A DNA stretch of 64,000 nucleotides from the human T2T-CHM13v2.0 reference genome, Homo sapiens: NCBI RefSeq assembly GCF_009914755.1, contig NC_060933.1; one strand, 5' to 3'. The position numbers and the translations under genes were made by a program. Positions 54,601 through 64,000 of this stretch are shown piece after piece (position 1 is the first letter of the stretch; the number at the start of each line of letters is the position of its first letter). The notes below the pieces were generated by a model. The model was not told the DNA's origin. It ran no database searches and saw only the letters and a list, made by a program, of their open reading frames with translations.

Positions 54601-57600
54601 GCGTTGATTCCATTCCATTCCATTCAATTCCATTCTATTACAATTCGTTCCATTCCATTCTATTCCGTACCATTCCATTCCATTCCATACCATTCCATTC
54701 CATTCCATTCCATTCCATTCCGTTCCATTCCGTTCCATTCCATTCTATTCGAATTAATTCCATTCCATTCCATTCCATACCATTCTATTCCATTCCATTG
54801 CAATCGAGTGGAATCCATTGCATTTCATTCCATTCCATTCCATTCCATTCCATTCCGGATGATTCCATTCCATTGCATTCCATTCCATTCCATTCCCCTG
54901 CACTCGCGTTGAATCCATTCCATTCCATTCCATTCCATTCCATTCCATTCCGTTCCGTTCCATTCCATTCCATTCCATTCCATTCCATTCCTTTCCGTTC
55001 CGTTCCATTCCATTCCATTCCATTCTATTCGGGTTAATTCCATTCCATTCCATTCGATTGCAATCGAGTTGATTCGATTCCATTCCATTCCATTCCATTC
55101 CATTCCATTCCATTCCTTTCCATTCCATTACGGATGATTCCATTCCATTGCATTCCATTCCATTCCTTTCCCCTGTACTCGGGTTGATTCCATTCCATTC
55201 TATTCCAAGCCATGCCATTCCACTCGTGTTGATTCCATTCTTTCCATTCCATTCAAGTTGAATCCATTCCATTGCATTCCATTCCATTCGATTCCATTCG
55301 ATTGCACTCGGGATGATTCCATTCCATTGCATTCCATTCCATTCCATTCCATTCCATTCCATTCCATTCCGTTCCATTCCATTCCATTACATTCGGATTG
55401 TTTCTATTCAATTCCCTTACAATCCATTCCATTCCATTCCATTCGGGTAGTTTCCATTCCATTCCATTCCATTCCTCTCCATTCCATTGCACTCGGGTTG
55501 ATTCCATTCCATTGCATTCCATTCCATTCCATTCAATTCCAGTCCGTTCCATTGCATTCCATTACATTCGGATTGATTCTATTCAACTCCCTTAGTCTCC
55601 ATTACATTCCATTCCATTCGGGTTGTTCCATTCCATTCCATTCCATTCCACTCCATTCCATTGCACTCGGGTTGATTCCATTCCATTCCATTCCATTCCG
55701 GAAGATTCCATTCCATTGCATTGCATTCCATTCCATTCCCCTGCACTCGCGTTGATTCCATTCCATTCCATTCTATTCCATTCCATTCCCTTCCTTTCCG
55801 TTCCATTCCATTCCGTTCCATTCCATTCCATTCCGTTCCGTTGCATTCCATTCCATTCCATTCTATTCGGGTTAATTCCATTCCATTCCATTCGATTGCA
55901 ATCGAGTAGATTCCATTCCATTCCATTCCATTCCATTCCATTCCATTCCTTTCCATTCCATTACGGATGATTCCATTCCATTGCATTCCATTCCATTCCA
56001 TTCCCCTATACTCGGGTTGATTCCATTCCATTCCATTCCAATCCATGCCATTCCACTCGTGTTGATTCCATTCTTTCCATTCCATTCAAGTTGAATCCAT
56101 TCCATTGCATTCCATTCCATTCCATTCCATTCGATTGCACTCGGGTTGATTCCATTCCATTGCATTCCATTCCATTCCATTCCATTCTATTCCATTCCGT
56201 TCCATTCCATTTCATTACATTCAGATTGATTCTATTCAATTCCCTTACACTCCATTATATTCCAATCCATTCTGGTTGTCTCCATTCCATTCCATTCCAT
56301 TTCACTCCATTCCATTGCACTCGGGTTGATTCTATTCCATTCTACTCCATTGCATTCCATTCCATTCCATTCCGGATGATTCCATTCCATTGCATTCCAT
56401 TCCATTCCATTCCCCTGCACTCGGGTTGATTCCATTCCATTCCATTCCATTCCATTCCGTTCCATTCCATTCCATTCCATTCGGATTGATTCTATTCAAT
56501 TCCCTTACACTCCAATACATTCCATTCCATTCGGGTAGTTTCCATTCCATTCCATTCCATTCCTCTCCATTCCATTGCACTCGGGTTGATTCCATTCCAT
56601 TCCATTCCATTCCTTTCCATTACATTACATTCCATTCCGTTCCATTGTACTCGGGTTGATTCCATTCCATTGCATTCCATTCCATTCCATTCCCTTCCTT
56701 TCCATTCCATTCCATTCCATTCCATTCCATTCCGTTCCGTTCAATTCCATTCCATTCCATTCTATTCGTTTTAATTCCATTCCATTCCATTCGATTGCAA
56801 TCGAGTTGATTCCATTCCATTCCATTCCATTCCATTCCATTCCATTCCTTTCCATTCCATTACGGATGATTCCATTCCATTGCATTCCATTCCATTCCAT
56901 TCCCCTGTACTCGGGTTGATTCCATTCCATTCCATTCCAATCCATGCCATTCCACTCGTGTTGATTCCATTCTTTCCATTCCATTCAAGTTGAATCCATT
57001 CCATTGCATTCCATTCCATTCGATTCCGTTCGATTGCACTCGGGTTGATTCCATTCCATTGCATTCCATTCCATTCCATTCCATTCCATTCCATTCCATT
57101 CCGTTCCATTCCATTCCATTACATTCGGATTGATTCTATTCAATTCCCTTACACTCCATTCCATTCCATTCCATTCGGGTAGTTTCCATTCCATTCCATT
57201 CCATTCCTCTCCATTCCATTGAACTCGGGTTGATTCCATTCCATTGCATTCCATTCCATTCCATTCAATTCCATTCCGTTCCATCCCATTCCATTACATT
57301 CGGATTGATTCTATTCAACTCCCTTACTCTCCATTACATTCCATTCCATTCGGGTTGTTCCATTCCATTCCATTCCATTCCACTCCATTCCATTGCACTC
57401 GGGTTTATTCCATTCCATTCCATTCCATTCCATTACATTACATTCCATTCCGGAATATTCCATTCCATTGCATTCCATTCCATTCCATTTCCCTGCCCTC
57501 GCGTTGATTCCATTCCATTCCATTCCATTCCATTCCATTCCATTCCATTCCATTCCTTTCCGTTCCATTCCTTTCCATTCCATTCCAATCCATTCCATTC

Positions 57601-60600
57601 CTTTCCGTTCCATTCCATTCCATTCCATTCCATTCTATTCGGGTTAATTCCATTCCATTCCATTCGATTGCCATCGAGTTGATTCCATTCCATTCCATTC
57701 CATTCCATTCCATTCCTTTCCATTCCATTACGGATGATTCCATTCCATTGCATTCCATTCCATTCCATTCCTCTGTACTCGGCTGGATTCCATTCCATTC
57801 CATTCCAATCCATGCCATTGCACTCGTGTTGATTCCATTCTTTCCATTCCATTCAAGTTGAATCCATTCCATTGCATTCCATTCCATTCCATTCCCCTGC
57901 AGTCGGGTTGTTTCCATTCCATTCCATTCCATTCCATACCATTCCATTCCATTCCATTCCGTTCCGTTCCGTTCCGTTCCATTCCATTCCATTCTATTCG
58001 GGTTAATTCCATTGAATTCCATTCCATTCCATTCCATTCCAATCGAGTTGATTCCATTCCATTCCATTCCATTCCATTCCACTCCATTCCAGTCCTTTCC
58101 ATTCCATTCCACTCGAGTTGATTCCAATATATTCCTTTCCATTCCATTCCATTCCATTGCAATCGAGTTGATTCCATTGCGTTGCATTCCATTCCATTCC
58201 ATTCCATTCCGGATGATTCCATTCCATTGCATTCCATTCCATTCCATTCCCCTGCTCTCGGGTTGATTCCATTCGGTTCCACTCCATTCCGTTCCATTCC
58301 ATTCCATTGCATTGTATTCGGGTTAATTGCATTCCATTCCATTCCATTCCATTCCATTAAAATCGAGTTGATTCCATTCCATTCCATTCCATTCCATTCC
58401 AGTCCTTTCCATTCCATTCCTCTCGGGTTGATTCCATTCTATTAGTTTCCATTCCATTCCATTCCCTTCCATTCCACTCTGGTTGATTCCATTCCTTTCC
58501 ATTCCACTCGAATACATTCCCTCCTATTCCTCTCGGAACGATTCCATTCCATTCCATTCCATTCCATTCCATTTCATTCCGGAAGATTCCATTCCATTGC
58601 ATTCCATTCCATTCCATTCCCCTGCACTCGGGTTGATTCCATTCCATTCCATTCCATTCCATTCCATTCCGGATGATTCCATTCCATTGCATTCCGTTCC
58701 ATTACATTCCCCTGCACTCGTGTTGATTCCATTCCATTCCATTCCATTCCATTCAATTCCATTCCATTACAATTCGTTCCATTCCATTCTATTCCGTACC
58801 ATTCCATTCCATTCCATACCATTCCATTCCATTCCATTCCATTCCATTCCATTCCGTTCCATTCCGTTCCATTCCATTCCATTCCATTCTATTCGGATTA
58901 ATTCCATTGCATTCCATTCCATTCTATTCTATTCCATTCCATTGCAATCGAGTTGAATCCATTGCATTTCATTCCATTCCATTCCATTCCATTCCATTCC
59001 ATTCCGGAAGTTTCCATTCCATTGTATTCCATTCCATTCCATTCCCCTGCACTCGCGTTGATTCCATTCCATTCCATTCCATTCCATTCCGTTCCGTTCC
59101 ATTCCATTCCATTCCATTCCGTTCCGTTCCATTCCATTCCATTCCATTCTATTCGGGTTAATTCCATTCCATTCCATTCGATTGCAATCGAGTTGATTCC
59201 ATTCCATTCCATTCCATTCCATTCCATTCCATTCCTTTCCATTCCATTACGGATGATTCCATTCCATTGCATTCCATTCCATTCCATTCCCCTGTACTCG
59301 GGTTGATTCCGTTCCATTCCATTCCAATCCATGCCATTCCACTCGTATTGATTCCATTCTTTCCATTCCATTCAAGTTGAATCCATTCCATTGCATTCCA
59401 TTCAATTCGATTCCATTCGATTGCACTCGGGTTGATTCAATTCCATTGCATTCCATTCCTTTCCATTGCATTCCATTCCATTCCATTCCATTCCATACTA
59501 TTCCATTCCATTCCGTTCCATTCCATTCCACTACATTCGGATTGATTCTATTCAATTCCCTTACACTCCATTACATTCCATTCCATTCGGGTAGTTTCCA
59601 TTCCATTCCATTCCATTCCTCTGCATTCCATTGCACTCGGGTTGATTCCATTCCATTGCATTCCATTCCATTCCATTCAATTCCATTCCGTTCCATTACA
59701 TTCCATTACATTCGGATTGATTCTATTCAACTCCCTTACTCTCCATTCCATTCCATTCCATTCGGGTTGTTCCATTCCATTCCATTCCATTGCACTCCAT
59801 TCCATTGCACTCGGGTTGATTCCATTCCATTCCATTCCATTCCATTCCATTCCATTACATTCCTTTCCATTCCAGTCCTTTCCATTCCATTCCACTCGGG
59901 TTGATTCCATTCTATTAGTTTCTATACCATTCCATTCCCTTCCATTCCACTCTGGTTGATTCCATTCCTTTCCATTCCACTCGAATACATTCCCTCCTAT
60001 TCCACTCGGAACGATTCCATTCCATTCCATTCCATTCCATTCCATTCCATTTCGTTCCATTCCATTCTATTCCGTATCATTCCATTCCATTCCATTCCAT
60101 TCCATTCCATTCCATTCCATTGTACTCGGGTTGATTCCATTCCATTGCATTACATTCCATTCCATTCCATTCCATTCCATTCCATTCGGTTCCATTCCAT
60201 TACATTCGGATTGATTCTTTTCAACTCCCTTACTCTCCATTTCATTCCATTCCATTCGGATTGTTCCATTCCATTCCATTCCATTCCTCTCCATTGCATT
60301 GCACTCGGGTTGATTCCATTCCATTCCATTGCATTCCATTACGGATGATTCCATTCCATTGCATTCCGTTCCATTACATTCCCCTGCACTCGGGTTGATT
60401 CCATTCCATTCCATTCCATTCCATTCGATTCCATTCCATTCCCCTGCACTCGCGTTGATTCCATTCCATTCCATTCCATTCCATTCCATTCCATTACATT
60501 CCTTTCCATTCCAGTCCTTTCCATTCTATTCCACTCGGGTTGATTCCATTCTATTAGTTTCTATACCATTCCATTCCCTTCCATTCCACTCTGGTTGATT

Positions 60601-63600
60601 CCATTCCTTTCCATTCCACTCGAATACATTCCCTCCTATTCCACTCAGAACGATTCCATTCCATTCCATTCCATTCCATTCCATTCCATTCCATTCCATT
60701 CCATTTCGTTCCATTCCATTCTATTCCTTATCATTCCATTCCATTCCATTCCATTCCATTCCATTCCATTCCATTCCACTCGTGTTGATTTCATTCCTTT
60801 CCATTCCATTCGGTTTGAAGGCATTCCATTCCATTCCATTCCATTCCATTCCATTCCATTCCATTCTATTCGGGTTAATTCCATTCCATTCCATTCCATT
60901 CCATTCTATTCCATTCCATTGCAATCGAGTTGAATCAATTGCATTTCATTCCATTCCATTCCATTCCGGAAGATTCCATTCCATTGCATTCCATTCCATT
61001 CCATTCCCCTGCACTCGCGTTGATTCCATTCCATTCCATTCCATTCCATTCCATCCATTCCGTTCCGTTCCGTTCCATTCCATTCCATTCCATTCCATTC
61101 CATTCCGTTCCGTTCCATTCCATTCCATTCCATTCTATTCGGGTTAATTCCATTCCATTCCATTCCATTGCAATCGAGTTGATTCCATTCCATTCCATTC
61201 CATTCCATTCCTTTCCATTCCATTACGGATGATTCCATTCCATTGCATTCCATTCCATTCCATTCCCCTGTACTCGGGTTGATTCCATTCCATTCCATTC
61301 CAATCCATGCCATTCCACTCGTATTGATTCCATTCTTTCCATTCCATTCAAGTTGAATCCATTCCATTGCATGCCATTCCATTCGATTCCATTCGATTGC
61401 ACTCGGGTTGATTCCATTCCATTGCATTCCATTCCATTCCATTCCATTCCATTCCATTCCGTTCCATTCCATTCCATTACATTCGGATTGATTCTATTCA
61501 ATTCCCTTACACTCCATTACATTACATTCCATTCGGGTAGTTTCCATTCCATTCCATTCCATTCCTCTCCATTCCATTGCACTCGGGTTGATTCCATTTC
61601 ATTGCATTCCATTCCACTCCATTCAATTCCATTCCGTTCCATTCCATTCCATTACATTCGGATTGATTCTATTCAACTCCCTTACTCTCCATTACATTCC
61701 ATTCCATTCGGGTTGTTCCATTCCATTCCATTCCACTCCACTCCATTCCATTGCACTCGGGTTTATTCCATTCCATTCCATTCCATCCCATTCCATTCCA
61801 TTCCATTCCGGAAGATTCCATTACATTGCATTCCATTCCATTCCATTCCCCTGCACTCGCGTTGATTCCATTCCATTCCATTCCATTCCATTCCATTCCA
61901 TTCTACTCCATTCCATTCCATTCCGTTCCATTCCATTCCATTCCATTCCACTCCAATCCATTCCATTCCGTTCCGTTCCGTTCCATTCCATTCCATTCCA
62001 TTCTATTCGGGTTAATTCCATTCCATTCCATTCGATTGCAATCGAGTTGATTCCATTCCATTCTATTCCATTCCATTCCATTCCTTTCCATTCCATTACG
62101 GATGATTCCATTCCATTGTATTCCATTCCATTCCATTCCCCTGTACTCGGGTTGATTCCATTCCATTCCATTCCAATCCACGCCATTCCACTCGTGTTGA
62201 TTCCATTCTTTCCATTCCATTCAAGTTGAATCCATTCCATTGCATTCCATTCCATTCCATTACCCTGCCGTCGGGTTGATTCCATTCCATTCCATTCCAT
62301 TCCATTGCATTCCATTCCATCCCGTTCCGTTCCATTCCATTCCATTCCATTCTATTCGGGTTAATTCCATTCCATTCCATTCCATTCCATTCCAATCGAG
62401 TTGATTCCATTCCATTCCATTCCATTCCATTCCACTCCATTCCAGTCCTTTCCATTCCATTCCACTCGGGTTGATTCCAATGTATTCCTTTCCATTCCAT
62501 TCCATTCCATTGCAATCGAGTTGATTCCATTGCTTTGCATTCCATTCCATTCCATTCCATTCCATTCCGGATGATTCCATTCCATTGCATTCCATTCCAT
62601 TCCATTCCCCTGCTCTCGGGTTGATTCCATTCCATTCCACTTCATTCCGTTCCATTCCATTCCATTCCATTGTATTCAGGTTAATTCCATTCCATTCCAT
62701 TCCATTCCATTCCATTCCATTCCATTCCATTCCATTACAATCGAGTTGATTCCATTCCATTCCATTCCATTCCAGTCCTTTCCATTCCATTCCACTCGGG
62801 TTGATTCCATTCTATTAGTTTCCATTCCATTCCATTCCCTTCCATTCCACTCTGGTTGATACCATTCCTTTCCATTCCACTCGAATACATTCCCTCCTAT
62901 TCCACTCGGAACGATTCCATTCCATTCCATTCCATTCCATTCCATTCCTTTTCGTTCCATTCCATTCTATTCCGTATCATTCCATTCCATTCCATTCCAT
63001 TCCATTGTACTCGGGTTGATTCAATTCCATTGCATTCCATTCCATTCCATTCCATTCCATTCCGTTGCATTCCATTCCATTACATTCGGATTGATTCTAT
63101 TCAACTCCCTTACTCTCCATTACATTCCACTCCATTCGGGTTGTTCCATTCCATTCCATTCCATTCCACTCCATTCCATTGCACTCGGGGTGATTCCATT
63201 CCATTCCATTCCATTCCATTCCATTCCATTCCATTCCGGATGATTCCATTCCATTGCATTCCGTTCCATTACATTCCCCTGCACTCGCGTTGATTCCATT
63301 CCATTCCATTCCATTCCATTCAATTCCATTCCATTACAATTCGTTCCATTCCATTCTATTCCGTACCATTCCATTCCATCCCATACCATTCCATTCCATT
63401 CCGTTCCATTCCGTTCCATTCCATTCCATTCCATTCTATTCGGATTAATTCCATTCCACTCCATTCCATTCAATTCTATTCCATTCCATTGCAATCGAGT
63501 TGAATCCATTGCATTTCATTCCATTCCATTCCATTCCATTCCATTCCGGAAGATTCCATTCCATTGCATTCCATTCCATTCCATTTCCCTGCCCTCGCGT

Positions 63601-64000
63601 TGATTCCATTCCATTCCATTCCATTCCATTCCATTCCATTCCTTTCCGTTCCATTCCATTCCATTCCATTCCATTCCTATCCATTCCATTCCGTTCCGTT
63701 CCGTTCCATTCCATTGCATTCCATTCCATTCGGGTTAATTCCATTCCATTCCATTCGATTGCAATCGAGTTGATTCCATTCCATTCCATTCCATTCCATT
63801 CCATTCCATTCCATTCCTTTCCATTCCATTACGGATGATTCCATTCCATTGCATTCCATTCCATTCCATTGCTCTGTACTCGGGTTGATTCCATTCCATT
63901 CCATTCCAATCCATGCCATTCCACTCGTGTTGATTCCATTCTTTCCATTCCTTTCAAGTTGAATCCATTCCATTGCATTCCATTCCATTCGATTCCATTC

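Larger units (their letters stand above)
1..64000 (+). repeat. Human Satellite 3 (HSat3 / satellite III) array, (CATTC)n with interspersed ACTCGGGTTG decamer variants
   Basis: CATTC pentamer runs throughout. The CACTCGGGTTGATTCC spacer (reverse complement of the classical sat III CAACCCGAGT motif) recurs from position 1 to about 63880. The HSat2 CATTCGATGATG-type 23/26-bp units are absent. The C-rich strand stays on + across the window. Confidence 0.98.
1..64000 (-). ncRNA. Potential template for G-rich (GGAAU)n HSATIII-type stress lncRNA
   Basis: Satellite III arrays are known to be transcribed HSF1-dependently as GGAAU-rich RNA, which here would be the - strand. The sequence alone cannot show that this array is transcribed. 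Confidence 0.3.

Noticed and set aside
1-64000. Hundreds of ORFs (MEWNG- and IPFHS-repeat proteins, up to 388 aa)
   Set aside because: They are the expected translation of a stop-free pentamer in all six frames. They overlap, have no domain content and are not genes.
1-64000. CRISPR-like repeat/spacer alternation
   Set aside because: The 'spacers' are recurring variants of one decamer rather than unique sequences. The repeat lengths vary and there are no cas genes.
1-64000. HSat2, alpha satellite/CENP-B boxes or telomeric repeats
   Set aside because: There are no CATTCGATGATG-type units, no 171-bp monomers and no TTAGGG tracts. CGGG words lack the CENP-B box spacing, and GGGTTA occurs only singly.
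1-64000. Y-chromosome DYZ1 (approx. 3.6 kb unit) or a specific chromosome assignment such as 9q12
   Set aside because: No approx. 3.6 kb period is visible. The decamer-rich type is compatible with several arrays, and assignment needs k-mer comparison to T2T HSat3 subfamilies.
1-64000. Strand inversion or embedded Alu/L1 insertion
   Set aside because: I saw no (GGAAT)n tract on the + strand and no non-satellite sequence or poly(A) tail anywhere.

Overview
The whole 64 kb window is one uninterrupted array of classical Human Satellite 3 (HSat3/satellite III). It consists of (CATTC)n on the + strand, or (GGAAT)n on the - strand, punctuated every few tens of bp by variants of the diagnostic satellite III decamer ACTCGGGTTG (= CAACCCGAGT). 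It is pericentromeric or acrocentric heterochromatin of human or a great ape; the chromosome and subfamily cannot be fixed by eye. I see no genes, RNA genes, transposon insertions or strand inversions. Every ORF in the track is a translation artefact of the pentamer (IPFHS or MEWNG repeats). The interesting structure is internal. (1) A recent head-to-tail duplication of about 6.0 kb (approx. 31747-43787) has a resolvable junction. (2) The higher-order organisation is a patchwork of kb-scale blocks re-used in different orders, built from a small branching vocabulary of cassettes with an approx. 0.87 kb sub-unit. (3) About 37 perfect three-unit heat-shock elements (TTCcgGAAgaTTC) differ by a single base from a non-HSE sibling spacer and sit in a carpet of TEAD/MCAT-type CATTCC sites. 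All counts and alignments were made by eye and coordinates of block edges are approximate. I cannot support a novel protein-coding system here.
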